A DNA stretch of 64,000 nucleotides from Balanoglossus misakiensis. Lineage: Eukaryota; Animalia; Hemichordata. Below are positions 14,501 through 29,092 of this stretch, in pieces. Below the pieces are notes generated by a model that worked only from the letters and a program-made list of their open reading frames with translations, made no database searches and was not told the origin of the DNA. Location of the stretch: positions 7,316,001-7,380,000 of the forward strand of contig CM082590.2 of the NCBI GenBank assembly GCA_040954595.2, given 5' to 3'. Numbering within the stretch: position 1 is the stretch's first letter; every line of letters starts with the position of its first letter. Both the position numbers and the translations under genes were made by a program.

Positions 14501-15629
14501 TAACAAAAATTATTCACAACACCAATATTTAACATAAATATGCAAATTTAACCAGAGTATTGCGTGTCTGTCACTGAGAACTATAATTCAGCTTTTATGA
14601 GAGGGGGTTAATTTATAGGTTTTTTCCCCAGAATACCATACAAAGAATTCACACCACACCACAAATTCTCAACAATCGGCTAAAACCTCTTCTCAAGGGT
14701 AACAGATAGATTTGCCTTTGGGATCACGATCCACACGTGTTAACAATTCCAACCCCTTCCACCCCTGCTGTTCTCTACGTAGATCGACCCATTCATGTAG
14801 AAAACTGTATGAATGAACCACAGTGTGGTAGCGAGGGGGTGTGGTCACGTAAACTTTCGCTCCTCTACGAGTGCATTAGCCTTGGAGTAGACTAACCCAG
14901 ATGTGGTGTGTTAGTTTCTGCAGAAACACACGCATGAAAACCCCAGACTTAGTCTAATAGTCAGGTATTGAACTGATAGTATACATTCATAAGATTAAAC
15001 CAGAGATTACATAGGCAACGATCAGTCCAGTGTTTTTTTTTTTCCATTAGGTTCGTAAATAATCTCGCACACACTGGATCAAGAATTGTAAACCACAGCC
15101 AGTAGCCATTAGGCTTAACCTTCCAAGTTTTTGTACATTTGTGTCTGGTTAGTCTTTTGCCCACAGAGGTGTTAGTGGGAGGGATTATCAATTAATTTTT
15201 CAGCGTATGACATGCGTCTGATCCTAACATCCTACAATGATACCGTAAGGAAGTTTTTATCAAAAAGATCATTCATTATATCTTGTATGACGAGGAGATT
15301 GGCGAGATCAAAAACTCACAATTTATAGAGTACTAAACTTTCAAATTCCTGACAGCCGTCAACACCAATCGCATCTACACGGCCCAATAACCCATTAAAA
15401 CTGATAACCAAGTTTTCTGTGTCACTGCCCGGTTATCGCCACAGGAACTCATTGTTCCAGCAGCTTCTCAGTAACCATAGCGATGGTTCCTTGCTGAGTA
15501 TGTGGTCCTGGTGAGCAAATGAAATTCTATCAAGCTTGTGCAGTTATGTTACATATTTCTGTTTGTCTGGTGAAAATGTTTCTATTATGTGGAAGCTAAG
15601 ATTACTAATTTACCCAAAATTACACTTAA

Positions 15630-15980
15630 AGGGACAAAGTTTCTCTCTTGCTGCACTTTTTCCATGAAGTTTGTTTGATACAAGACACTGATTATGTTAT
15701 TCTACATGTGGATTGGATATATAGTGAATACACGTTCGACCACACACAACTTCCATCCCGTTTACAGGATATGAGAGTAAAATCTCACCAAAATGAATAA
15801 ATGGTAGAGACCGATTATTCATTTTGGCGAGTTTTTCACTCTTGTGTCTGCAAGTGGGATGGAAGTTGTGTGTGGTCGAACGTTGATTCACTATATATCC
15901 ACATGTACATTAACATAAACGGTGTCTTGTATCAAACATAATTAATGAAAAAAGGGCAGCGAGAGAAAGACTTAGTCCCT
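15630..15980. mobile_element. Family A palindromic MITE (Kolobok/T2-like), full copy
   Basis: TTAA|AGGGAC...GTCCCT|TTAA; arms of about 130 bp are reverse complements. Confidence 0.85.
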
Positions 15981-18900
15981 TTAATATCTTGCAAATCATT
16001 CAAGTGCACGTGCCCTCGAACTGCAGTTTTTGCTCTCTGTGCGGCTGCAGCCAACCAAGCGAGCGTAACTCTGTCGCATGGCTGCGAGGCAATCCCCCTC
16101 TCGTACCGCGCTACAGTGGAATGCCAGTTGAGTAGACGATACACACAATTGACCCCCAGGTCAAGTGTGGAGTAAACAATCGCACTGAAGAGTTTACACA
16201 GCTCTCAGCAGCTCTGTTTACTGGTTTGAATTATCGTATTTGCTGTTTCAAGACGACTTCTGCCCGCCCCTTAGAACTTTATTGCCACTCGGGGCAACTA
16301 CAGTTTCAGAGTCAATACGATGTTGTGATATCGCCCCATTATTCTGCACTTCACGGGTTGTAAATTCTTCCGTATTGACTTTTCTGTTCTGAAATTGCCA
16401 CTTACTCTGTTGCTGGCTCACACATATCCTAAACCATCCTATCTACTTCAATTCTGCAAATCAAAATGCTGTCGTACTTCCTGTCTAATCTTCCAATAAA
16501 AAATGGTGAATTTTGTAGTCTGTTGTAAAATTAGCATAAGTTTTACAGAAAATTGTGTCGTCTGCCCCCAAATTTATGTATGAAATTGGTCTCAAAGACT
16601 TCTGCTTTTGGCTACCTCTATTCTGCGCAAATCAGATTTCTGTAGTAGTACTGTTTTAAAATCTTCATAAAAATAGCAATTATTGTAGTCTGCTGTAAAA
16701 TTTTCACAAACATGTTTGTCGTCTGCTTGAAATGTTTTCTTCATAATTTCCATATTTTGCTTATATGATAGATTTACTTTTACTTTAATTCTGCACTAAA
16801 ATCAACAAACTAAACTTGTTATCATCAGTAAAAACGTTCCGACCAAAATTTTCGCAGGAATTTCAAATTTCTGTTCAGATTTTGAGAACACCTGTTTGAT
16901 CTAAAATAACCGAGTAACACTATTTCAGATATAAGTAGAACACTAAGAGGGGTACGACAATGTTTACAATTGGCCATGTTTATAGTTTACGGTGCACGGA
17001 TGTGGGAAGAAACACAATATGTCTGGCATCTATTGTCCGCACAACAATACCACTTCTTTCACAGTTTCCTTTTCCGTCCCTATCTTTTGAAACTTTCGTG
17101 AACCCTTTGATGTCTCGGTATACTTACCAAGTCAAATAATTCCTTTCGGCTGCAGATTAGCCGTCAACATCTTATTTGAATTGAAAGAACTGGTTCCTTT
17201 GCCTTTCACGAAATTAGAGTACAAATTCAAAGTGTCTGCTGAAGCATGAGTGGACTGCACGCAAGGTTTTCTCAAACTAGTTCATGTTGATTTTTTCGGC
17301 CTGTAATCTAACCGGTGATTTCAGTTAATGTGTCAACTATCCAGGTCACGAAAACATCAGTCGGTTTCTAGACTTAATCCATGGAAAAAAACAGTCAGAT
17401 TCTAGACTGAATCCATGGTTTAATGCAATTTAGGTAACTTTGTTGGCCAATATTTAAAGACAGTGTATACTACAGCTGTGTCTGTCTGTTATCAAAACAA
17501 TCAGTTTAATGCTCGTTTTACTAATGATATAAATAGTCTTGTGACCAAACATGTCAAAGATGTCTGAATGCTGGTACCGGTGCAGAAATAAACCTTGGTC
17601 TCTTGGTGTTATGAATAATCTATGTTCATACAAACAGCCATTCAGAGATTTACAGCTTACTTCTAAGTGCGGAGGAAACACAAACAAAACTACCAGTTAG
17701 GAAGTGAAAGTTAACTTCATCTGCATAACAATAGTACTGAGTCATTTGCATAACAAAAGCAACTCGGTGAATGACCTATGCGGCATATTCGCGACAGACG
17801 GACATGTCGCGCACACCAGAGAAAAATTTGATGAATCTCAGGGTTTGTTTGTTGCAATCAGTTGATGAGTCAGCGAGTGTGAACATGTACGTTCAGTTGT
17901 GTTTTGTTGGAACACGTGTTCGTGTCTGGAATCGCGACTCTGCAGCTGTGATATTTGTTTGCGGTTGCGGGTTCAAGAGTTCACAGCTGGGCTCCATGCT
18001 AGGGGGTCTGACACCCGTCGTACGATACGACTGAGAAATTTTGGACGTGATTTGAGAAACAGTGTTCAGTTGTGGAAATTTCACTCAACCGCACAGTGTA
18101 TACATGAATCTCACCACTATTAGAATGAAAACCACCTGTGATTGTCACGTACGACAGTGTCTTTATTTGAAAATTTTCTTATTCAAAAGTCAAATTTTGT
18201 CACATATTTTCACGAAAAACGAACAGCTTTCTCACGGTAAAACTTTAATGGTTGGTACAAACAGTACAGTCTTGTCACATTTGATCTAGAATCAACATAC
18301 GAGTAGATGAAAAATGTGCCGAAAGTCAGAACTTTTGACCGATGGGCGTTTTCTAGACAAACGTTGTCAGTAATAGGGTTCAAAGGTCACTGACCCTGTC
18401 ACTCTATCCTTTAGATGTTTAGTTCCCACAAATAGGTTTACAAGTGTCTCATCACGGAGATGGTTTTCGCAGATGTGGTAACGTGACAAAGTTGCGAATG
18501 GCTTATCCCCACCCCATTACCCCCCCCCCACCCACCCCCACGATGAAATGCAGGAGTCTCCCCACTCGAAGAATAAATAAACACAGACATCTCAAAGATA
18601 GAACCTCATTTCCAAAGAATTAACCACATTCATTCCTCCTTGTCCAGTAACCACATGCTTATTGTGGTACATTATGTAGTTTACGATTCCTCTCAAATTC
18701 ATTTAGGAAAACCACAAGCTGCTATAGTATATGGCTGTGAAATTCCCCTTTAACCCCCCTCCCCCTCTCCCCCTCCCTCTTGTGTTTATATATGGTTTGA
18801 TTTACATCTTGTTTTAGCAGAAAGAAATCATTCCTTGCAGTTCAAATAATGTCACAGGGCAGATAACAAGTATTTTGACCTGTTGAAATGTGAAATTAAT

Positions 18901-19119
18901 CTCTCACAACCTTATAAACCCTTTCATCACCATGGTTCAGTCAAAATCCATTGTTGTCAATGGCAGGGTTGGACCGTACTATACAGGGGAATAGGGGTGA
19001 AAGGGTTAAATGGTGATCGGGGATTGACACTGATATATGATGGAGTTTTGTCGCACAGCTGGTCTGAGTTGTACTGTCAGAAGTTGGAGTGTCTCAGATC
19101 TCGGTCATACACACAGATC

Positions 19120-19412
19120 AACCGTTTATTCATTTCGGGCGAGATTTTTACTCTCATATCCTACAAACGGGATGAAAGTTGTGTGTGGTCGAACGTTTAT
19201 TCACTATATATCCACATGTAGAATAACATAAACAGTGTCTTGTATCAAACTCAATAAATGGAAAAAGGGCAGCGAGAGAGAGACTTTGTCCTGGATGTTG
19301 TATGTGGTCGAACGTTGATTCACTATATATCCACATGTAAAATAACATAAACGGTGTCTTGTATCAAACTCAATAAATGGAAAAAGGGCAGCGAGAGAGA
19401 GAGACTGTCGCT
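19120..19412. mobile_element. Family A MITE, right half with tandem-duplicated arm
   Basis: The segment TGTGGTCGAACGTT...GAGAGAGACT occurs twice in tandem. Confidence 0.8.
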
Positions 19413-19708
19413 TTAAAGACAATTCTCAGAGAAAGGTAGACTTAATTGACAACCTGGGGGATCTTTTTAAAGGAAATTTCCTCGTCTTAGTTTTAGGGCT
19501 AACACACACGCAAAGCTCACGAATGGTACGTGGGCGATGTGTTCTTGGGGCGAAAGTCGGGTCAATTTAAGAGAGCTTCGGGCAACCAGAGGTGTTAGCA
19601 GCTATGCACACAGCTGAATAATTGCTTTGGGTTGATTGACTCACAGGGATAATTATCGCCGGATGGACCTTTTTCGCTCGTGGAAAAACTCAGAAACAAC
19701 TTTTTCAG

Positions 19709-19960
19709 GTATACAAGTCTAAATGTCATACATAGGTTTAAATGCCATACCTAGGGCATTTATTCTTGGACATATAATACACTCATCGCTCAATATGATA
19801 ATTATTGTCATTAAGAAACACTGTTTAGTGTTATACAAGTCTAAATGTTATACACAGGATTAAATACTGACTGTCATACCCAGGGCATTTATTCTTGGAC
19901 ATATAATACACCCATTGCTCATATATAATTATTGTTATTAGAACACTATTCAGTGTTTAT
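19709..19960. repeat. Tandem duplication, about 122 bp x2
   Basis: TATACAAGTCTAAATGT...AGGGCATTTATTCTTGGACATATAATACAC occurs twice. Confidence 0.8.
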
Positions 19961-21160
19961 TGTTTACCTGTGGTAGTAAATTAATCTTACATGATAAGAA
20001 TTTCAAGAAATCAATTTTTTGGAAATCTGATTATTAGTTTCTAAATGAGGCTTCACCATTTGTGTGTGTGGATAAATATAACAGGTTGGTTCTGTTTCAG
20101 TATTGGAATTCTAAGAGTATTCAACCATAGTCGACTTCCAATAATTATTGTCATATGAGCCAATTTTTGTGCAAGAAAAGATTAGGAAGGAATACAGTTG
20201 TTCCCCCCCCCCTCTGATTAGTTATTGACCAGTCCCTTATTTTATTGGGCTGCAATACCTTCCCTAAGAGATGAACATTTGTGAATTTTAAAGCGAGTAG
20301 TCATGCATAACATGAATCTTCTAAAACACATTTTGTCGTGAAAATTTATGACCCCAAGTACCTGTTGACCTTTTGGTATTTGATATTTTTCTTTTCTCCC
20401 CTCGTTAATTAAACTTTACTACAAATTTTGACATGTTTTGGTGATTTTCATGAGGTTTTAGAATTTATAGACTGAAATTGACGAGATCTGTTCAATGATT
20501 TACAGATCTAAGGGAAAAGCAGTAAATGTTTTTTGTATATTTATGACAAAATCGAACTTAGACTATAGATTCAATTGAAAGCATTTGATTCTCCTAATCG
20601 TTTTTTGTTATTGTCGTATTGAGTTTTAGCAAATGGCCGATTTAGTAGATAAGAAAAACAAATCTGATACTAGAAAACGTTTGAGAAAATCTTGCAAATT
20701 ATTTTAGATCATGAATTCAAGCAAAGTGATGTTTTACTCTTGAGCTGTGATCATTTGAAATATAATCAAACCTGAAAAACATCAAGTCAAGAAACCATGA
20801 ATGTATACGAAAACTTAATATCATGTTCTCGTGAAAAGAAAGTGTAATATAATACCACCAAACTCTTTGAGTAGTTTCAGAATACTGAATTCTTAATAAG
20901 CAATTATTGAACGAGCTCGGGAAATTCCCAATTCTTTTCAATTATGGATCCTTCCGGAAGCTGTTTGACTGACTTCGTTTCGCAGGAAATATTGGAGAGA
21001 ATAAAATAGACAATTTCTTCTACTTGGTTTCAGCTGGTCCATCAATTCAGATTACTGTGTATTAGACTGGACAGGTAATTCCCAAACTGTCTCTTAGTTA
21101 AATCAACCGACACTGGTCTTGTTTTTAAAACTGAGAGACCTGTCCCGAACAGCTATTTAG

Positions 21161-21511
21161 AGGGACAAAGTCTCTCTCTCGCTGCCCTTTTTCCATCAAT
21201 TATATTTGATACAAGACACCGTTTGTTATTCTACATGTGGATGTATAGTGAATCAACATTCAACCACATATAACTTCCATCCCTCTTATAGACAGGAGAG
21301 TGAAAAAACTTGCGAAAATGAATAATCATTCTTTACCATTTATTCATTTTGGGCGAGTTTTTACTCTCATATCATACAAGAAGGATGGAAGTTGTGTGTG
21401 GTTTAACGTTGATTCACTATATATCCACACATGTACATTAACATAAAAGATGTCTTGTATCAAACATAATTAATGGAATAAGGGTAGCTGGAGAGAGACT
21501 TCTTCGTCCCT
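21161..21511. mobile_element. Family A MITE, full copy
   Basis: AGGGACAAAGTCTCTCTCTCGCTGCCC...GTCCCT|TTAA. Confidence 0.85.
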
Positions 21512-21781
21512 TTAAAATTGAATCTAAAAATCACCATGAACAGCCAAATGCCAAACTTCAACATTTCACTCACAGCGCACCCTGTTGTCAGGGTTACTGC
21601 TGGATGTTGCTAGGGGCGATGATCTAAAACAAAAAAACTCTCACAACAGATACTGATCGCAGTTGTCATTTTATCGTAATTGCGAACATTTGCAAAGATA
21701 CGGCCAGGTTTACTGATAACACATACGTGCCTGTAATGGTGAAACTGATATACCCAGTGCACATACATAAATGCCTATATA

Positions 21782-21988
21782 CTGTAAAACTGGTTATTTT
21801 CGCGAGCAATAAATTTTCGCGAAACTCTCAAGAGCCCAAAAAAACATGAAAATAAAAGGTCGCTTAAAAAGTTTTTCGGGGATATCTATCTAGTAAAAAT
21901 AAAGGAACGCGAAAATTAATCATTGTGTAACAGTTGCCTCCTTTGATATCGCGAAAATTTCCTGTCGCGAAAATTTCCTGTTTTACAG
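21782..21988. mobile_element. Family B MITE, diverged copy
   Basis: TA|CTGTAAAAC...GTTTTACAG|TA; further degenerate or partial copies at about 2955-3162, 33775-33863 and 35902-36057. Confidence 0.75.
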
Positions 21989-22809
21989 TATTTTCCAATG
22001 CTTTAGGCTGTCCATTTCCTGAAGAACAAAGCGGTCGTTCATTGGTGAATTGAATTTGTTCAAATTGTTGGAGCTTCTGTTCCGTGTAAAGTTTATTATC
22101 GTTAAATTTTCTAGGGTTTTTCGAGAAAATTTATACAACGTAGCCTCATAGGGCAACAGCTGCTTTCTTTGACAAAAGTACAATCTGTACAAAACGCGAA
22201 AGTTCGTTTGTCAGTTTTCGTCTTTTTTCGTCCCATTTCACTACAAATATGTCCAACTCACTCCGGGAGAAGATATGGGATTCGGACCAAATCAAATAAG
22301 TGAAAGGGTTAATCATTTAAACATCGGTCGTAAAAGTTTTTACGGCTTGCTAATACTTTGAAATTTTGATCAGAAATCGGCTTGCATTTTACTTTTATAA
22401 AAGCAGAATATCGCCACGCAGCTCTGAAGGAGAGAAATGCTTTCCTGATTTTGTTCGAATTATCTGCGTTAAAAAATTATGTGTGAATCAGGTTGACTCG
22501 TCAAGGTAATAATATGGTAGCCGGGCCAGATCTTATCAGTTGTAGCATTAACAGTCACAACAGAGGGGGAAACACTCACTGCCTGTGTCAATTACCGACT
22601 AAATTACAAAGTCTGTTCCGGAGTTGTCGTGCAGACAATCAAACTGCGCCTCCCCCCTAATTTTCTGAAGGTGGTGTCACATCTCTTGTTGCCACGGCAA
22701 CCGTTAATGAGCGCTGATGCCTGGGATTGAGTTGTTGTTTCCATTTTTAGCCGGTACATGTGATGCAGAGGCTGTGGTTTATATGGGCACTCAGGTTGTT
22801 GCTGCCACA

Positions 22810-23110
22810 CTGTGGTTTGACTTTCTGATTGGCGATCTCTGATCTCAGTTGCCTTATAGAGAAAGTTCACCCCCAGTTCCCTCTATAGAGGTCCATTTTA
22901 CCATAGATAACAATGGATTTGGGCCAAACCATGGTAGTGAAGGGTAATTCCAATATATATTGTGGTTTGACTTTGTGATGTTGATTGGCGATGAGGTCTT
23001 CTGACCTCGGTTGTCTTATGGAGAAAGTTCACCCCCAGTTTCCTCTATAGAGGTCCAATTTTACCATAGAGAACAATGGATTTGGGCCAAACCATGGTGG
23101 TGAAGGGTAA
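22810..23110. repeat. Tandem duplication, about 160 bp x2, carrying a family E MITE
   Basis: TGTGGTTTGACTTT...GAGAAAGTTCACCCCCAGTT...GAAGGGTAAT occurs twice. Confidence 0.8.
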
Positions 23111-25025
23111 TGCTATTGTTCTGTTCATAATAGACCAAACTAAAACTTTGAAACATTGATAAATTAGCACTTGTTGACAATGACGATGTTAAGTTTCTAT
23201 ATTAACATATCTGTAAACTGTACTCTGATGAAATATGGAGAGTTCTGTCTGTCCCGTTTCTGATCTGTGTAGACAAGATTCATTGGGCTTATTACAAGTA
23301 CACCTATAATGTATTTGTCTCTGTCAGCTTTTAATAATGAAATTCTCGACCATATTCCCGTTGAGATGAGAGAGACCCCCTCCAACAAGTACATCAATCA
23401 CGCTCGTTATTATTCTTCCCAACTGCTATGGCAACTCATCTCATTGACATCCACGCGGTCATCTTGAATTTTCCGCAGCATCACCTGGTTGCCCCGGCAA
23501 CAAGTGGCGACGTTCCCTCGGGGGCCGAAAGTCTAATGATGTTTCCGACGGAGTGTGAAATCCGAAAATGGTGGCTGGGAGCCATACCCAGATTCACTAC
23601 ATTAATAAAATCCATAACTGTAATGCTACTCTTGTAAGTTTTATACACTGTGCCATATCTCTCGCGACCATCGTTTTTATGCGTGAAAAATGATGAATGT
23701 TCATCGTAAAAACTCTTTCCTTTCTGTCATCTGATGTACAGGCTACTCAGAAACTGTGTAATTTATGAATAAATTATAATATCATGTGATCAGTGTTTAA
23801 CAATCCAACATAAGACACATACAGCGAAAATGTTTTATTTATTGAAATCAGTTTATTTTTCGAGGTGTTTGCTCGGGTATTTCACGTATTTATGTCCGCT
23901 GTAAAATACTTCAAATATATTCCCTATTCTCATTAAGCCATATTATTTGCATTTGCATCAGTTTGTCAACTCTGGGCGTCGCATACCATGACAGCTGCGT
24001 ACTGTTTGTATGGAGGCTGATTAAATCGGTGCGGCACCATTTTAATACATAGCGTGTTCAAATTGCAACATGCAGTCACAATCGGGCATGTATACCTATC
24101 AGTAAGTTTATTCAGATGGACCAGTTTAATTTGGAAAATAGAAATCATGAAAATAATGCAAAACGTGGCAGCTCTATAGGATTTAAGCTCCTTGTGTAGT
24201 TGTGCAATATATCCCAGTGTTTTCAAGAAGGAGTGAGGCTTGTGGAAACAATGCATTTACTCAGGATTGACGAGACCCTTCTCAATCAGCCTTGAGATGA
24301 TGATGAGGATGGAGATGATGATGAATACGGCAATCGCGAATATATCATCAATAATTGCATCATTTATTTATGTCCGAAGAGTTCCTCGATCCCTTTACGG
24401 CCGCTGTGACATTAAAAATGCAATGACGCATCAATCTCTGGGAAAAACTCGTGCCAGGATCTTCATCCATTATTCAAGCTTCTATGCACATTTCATTTGG
24501 TCGTTAGGGAAGAACCATTTGCTTTTAAGGGGGGTTGGATGGGTGATTTTTGAAGAAGATAAAAAATGTTGAGAGGGAAAAAAATATTCTGCAATGCCTT
24601 GAGGAAAAAGATGCCTGGCAATCCAATAAAAAAACTTGTAACAGTGGCTGAAAGAGATTGCGGACATACACAAATCGTCCACCCCCTTCCCAGAAATTAA
24701 ATGGTTCTCCCCTTATATCTTTCTGAAGATTACACCCATCCCGTAGAGGTATACAGTCACCCCCAATTTACATATGCCCCTATATGGCTGAAATGGCGTA
24801 TTCTAAAGAACATATGTTGGCGCTTTTTTTCGTGTGTGCCACCCACTGAAAATCTGTGATTGGCTAGATCTCAATTTACCACGGTAACTATAACTAATTT
24901 TCTATAGGTATACCTTAAATTGGTCAGTGGATATGGCTGACCTTAATTTTGATGTTTAGATGTAAAATTGCTCTTCTCTGGTTTCTTGATGGAGAAACAG
25001 ACGTTAGGATGCAACAAGCTCTGTA

Positions 25026-25233
25026 CTGTAAAGCACTTTATTTTCGCGAGCAATAAATTTTCGTAAAATACGCGAGAGCCAAAATACCATGAAAATAAAA
25101 AGTCGCGTAAATTGTTTTTGAAGATAACGATGCAGTGAATGAAATAAGAGAACGCGAAAATTAATATTCGCGAAACAGTGGCCTCTCTCGATATCGCGAA
25201 AATTTCAACTCGCGAAAATAAAGTGTTTTACAG
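25026..25233. mobile_element. Family B MITE (about 208 bp, TA target, Tc1/mariner-like)
   Basis: TA|CTGTAAAGCACTTTATTTTCGCGAG...CTCGCGAAAATAAAGTGTTTTACAG|TA. Confidence 0.8.
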
Positions 25234-25663
25234 TATCATCTTCTAAAAGGTTACCTTGGGATGAATACATTGACATTTGAGGGTTATGTTATTTTCCATC
25301 AAAAGAGAAAAAGAAAGAAAAGCACACAATGACGTGAGAACTGCGCAGAAAACCCCGAAATGTTTTCCGGCTAACGAGATAAGAGGAAGGAACAGTCGAA
25401 AGATAACATGCCCCGGGAAAAATGACGCATGCAAAGGTACACAATGACTCGCAGCGTGTTTGCTGTATGACGAGAAAGTACGATTATTTCTCCGGGGTGA
25501 TTTTCCCTTCCCCATCTGTGAAACTTTTATCCATTCTTACGAAAACTTGAAATGAAAATGCGACTGATTTATCCAACGTTTCTTTTTCGTGCGAACCAGA
25601 ATATTATTTATACTCCCCGACGGTATATAAGAAAAGCTCTGGCAGATTTCTCTGAGGAACTGT

Positions 25664-25856
25664 GAAATTATGAAAGGATAACTTAAATATTCATGACACA
25701 AACATTGGAATTAGCCAATCACTGACTGGGAAACTACAAAATTATGAATAGGTAATTTATATATTCATAGCACAAATATTGTAATTAGCCAATCACTGAC
25801 TGGGAAACTACGAAATTATGAATAGGTAATTTATATATTCATAGCACAAACATTGT
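25664..25856. repeat. Tandem repeat, about 74 bp x2.6
   Basis: AAATTATGAA...ATATTCATAGCACAAA...AATTAGCCAATCACTGACTGGGAAACTAC repeated. Confidence 0.75.
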
Positions 25857-26337
25857 AGGAAACACGGCCATTTGGTAAGCGATGGTATTAAGATTACATT
25901 TCAAAATAGTGGGGGGGGGGGGGGGGGGGAAATAAACGGTTTTGTACGAGCTATGATTTGGTCTGATGTAGCAAGGAATTTAATATCCTGTATCTGCATA
26001 ATTTATCGTGTTTGTATGGTTATTTGACTGCATCATGCTTCGAAAGATTCCCGAGTCACGCATGTCAAATGTTTTAAATCAGCTGTGTCGATCAGACCTG
26101 TCATGTTGTCGTTAGAATACATGAATATATGCCTTCCATTACCATACATGTTTGTCTAACTTCACTCTAAAAATTAAAAGTTTGATCAAACTGCTGAGTA
26201 TGGTATTGTTAATCTAGTACCTATCTGTAGGTCTACCGTATACACCACCATAGCTCCCTAACACCAAAACAGCCACTGAAACCAAGTCTAGAAATCTGTA
26301 TTAGGGTTATAAATATTATGGTCATATGAATTTTTAA

Positions 26338-26421
26338 CCCTTTCCCCACCATGGTTCAGTCCAAACCCATTGTTTTCTATGGTAAGGCTGGACCTCTAAA
26401 GAGGAAGTGGGGGTGAAAGGG
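26338..26421. mobile_element. Family E mini-MITE
   Basis: TTAA|CCCTTTC...GAAAGGG|TTAA. Confidence 0.78.
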
Positions 26422-27187
26422 TTAAAGTCACATATGATATTCAGAGTGAATATTTTGTTAGATTGTAAACATAATTAAAATCTCTATGTTTTAACCTGAT
26501 TAACTTTTATAGAAATACTGAGCCACAGATATTTTGAATATGACAGCAAGAGATTTTGTATGGACCTTTCAAAGCATTATTATAAGGTACAACTCTGTAA
26601 TACATACTGATGGGCTATAATCTTTTTTAATACCCAGATGGAAACGAGAAAAAATGAGTACAAGTAGGCTGATGCACTTGCTTCCAAAATACTGGATTTC
26701 CGTTAACATTGAGATAAAGGATATTACAGTCCTAGTCAATAACAGAAAGAATCACCATTTAGGTTGATTTGAAGGCCTGAAATGCGAAATTCGAATTCTA
26801 ATGGCCATTATCTCTTGAAAACCCTGATTAAGTTTGGATATGAGCAAGACGCCACGTTCTCTGTGCAGATGAAATTGGTTAAGAACTTCTCAACTGGGAT
26901 AATAGATTAGGTTTTCCCTCCCAGACATTCAGAGCGGTGTGTCTAATAACCTGCTTTCCTGTCATCAGAACACTTTAGATGCACATCAATCCATTCTTGT
27001 TTGTCTTTCAAAAGACTGAGCAACTTCTATGAGATACGCAAACCCCATGTCTCTAGGAAGTCTACATGAGCCAATGAGCTAGGAGGAAAGCCCACAAAAA
27101 TTGGCTACATGGTTTCAAGTTTGCATTTATTTTTTGAGACAGTGTGTCTACTGTTTGGACAAATTGTCTGGCTGATGCCCACAAATG

Positions 27188-27475
27188 TGAAACAATGTAT
27201 GCAGTTTTAGCAGACTTGAAACATTTTGTATGCCATTTTAGCAGACTATTGAAACATAGTATATAATTTTAGCAGACTTTAGAAACTGTCTGCAATTTAG
27301 CAAACTTGGAACAATGTATACAATTTTAGCAGACTTGAGACAATTTATGCAATTTTAGCAGACTTTAGAAACAGTGCTGACAATTGAAACAGTGTATACA
27401 ATTTTAGCAGACTTGAAACAATGTATGATGCAATTTTAGCAAACTTTTGAAACCATGGATACAATTTTTGCAGGC
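27188..27475. repeat. Minisatellite, about 30-bp unit (AACAATGTATGCAATTTTAGCAGACTTGA) x ~9
   Basis: Head-to-tail degenerate units. Confidence 0.85.
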
Positions 27476-28100
27476 TTTCTGCAACTGAGATAATGACTCT
27501 TCACAACTTCGTTTGCGAAAATTTCACGTTTTAACAGTAATTACTAGTAGTATACTGTGCAGATAGCCTAGTCCTAGCCGTATTTTGTCCGCTTTGCTTC
27601 CAAAACTACGCCTAGCCTCACTCATGCCACTGGCCCAATAAAACCCCATACCCTTTGCTGGGAATTGTGATGTAACTAGCGCTAACTGTGCAGAGTAAAA
27701 CTTCCAACAAGCAGTGCGTAGAAACTCTCTCCATAAAATACCGCGACCTTTCATGGTTGACGTCCCACCTATCCTCTATCAAAGTTAAGGGTGACCTCGA
27801 TTAGACGGCAAGACACGAACGACCTCAATTAGTGATCCAACATCTGCTCACAGGTATACAGGTTCCACATAATGTCGCTTACCATTAAATGCCTGTGACA
27901 ATCCGGGAGAGTTTGTCGAGCTTCCTGGAAATCACAAGGAACAGGATGAGCTCTCCAATATACAAGATCTGATTGACATTTCCCGGTTCCCGTAGCTCGG
28001 ACTCTGAAAGGTTTTGGTGACATCGTTTAAAACGTCCTCGCATTTGTGGTTTACTTTTTTTTTACTGTGTACCTACTTTGTCAATATAAACAACGGTTAA

Positions 28101-28445
28101 AGGGACAAAGTCCCTCTCTCTCGCTGCCCCTTTTCCTTAATTTTGTTTGATACAAGACACCGTTTATGTATGTACATGTGTATATATAGTGAATCAACGT
28201 TCAACCACACACAACTTCCATCCCACTTGTAGACACGAGAGTGAAAAACTGACCAAAAATGAATAGTTGGTCTTTACCATTTATCCATTTTGAAAAGATT
28301 TTTCTCTCATATCCTACAAGCGGGATGGAAGTTGTGTGTGGTCGAACGTTGATTCACTACATATCCACATGTAGAATAACATAAATGGTGTCTTGTATCA
28401 ACCATAATTAAAGGGAAAATGCAGCGAGAGAGAGACTTTGTCCCT
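28101..28445. mobile_element. Family A MITE, full copy
   Basis: TTAA on both sides, long TIRs. Confidence 0.88.
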
Positions 28446-28867
28446 TTAAGTTAAAGCCCCAATAGCTGCCAATCTTGAATGTTTTTTTCATGATTTTACT
28501 TTACAAGGTTCTATTTAAGTTAGTTTACTGGTTGGTATACACAAACATATAATCAACCTCTGATTGTGGCTTCACATTAAATATGAGCAAGTTTATTAAT
28601 AAATTATCAAATCGGTTTCCTTGTCTATGCATTGGGACTGTGCAATCAGCAATAGATCATAAAAAGTCCAATATAATGTATGTGGAACTGATTAGATGGG
28701 CATGAAGTTGTCCGCATCTCAGTTGTGGCTTCAGGGGTGGCGCCTTTTATTAATACAGACAAGTCCCTGTCTCATAAAATTTAAAGGGCAGGGGTGACGT
28801 CCCGTCTGTGACTGCGGGTGTAGGTCCCATACGACACAGTTGCTAGAAAGTCAAAGAAGGTGCATTG

Positions 28868-29092
28868 TATAATTGCTACAATGTAACAATATGGTTGTTA
28901 CATTGTATTACATTGTACATCATGGCAAACAATGTACTTGTTACTTTGTACACACTCGGAAACAAAACAATGCAATAATTGTTACATTTATCAATGTAGT
29001 TGTTACATTGTATTACATTGTACATCATGGCAAACAATGTAGTTGTTACTTTGTATACCGGGCAAACAATGCATTAATTGTTACATTTTATC
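28868..29092. repeat. Tandem repeat, about 105 bp x2
   Basis: GTTGTTACATTGTATTACATTGTACATCATGGCAAACAATGTA occurs twice. Confidence 0.8.

Noticed and set aside
24240-24572. 110-aa Met-rich ORF
   Set aside because: Driven by a short (GAT)n low-complexity run and runs into a family G MITE; no splice or domain support
27188-27475. CRISPR-like periodic ~30-bp repeats
   Set aside because: Head-to-tail minisatellite with no unique spacers, no cas genes, and a eukaryotic context
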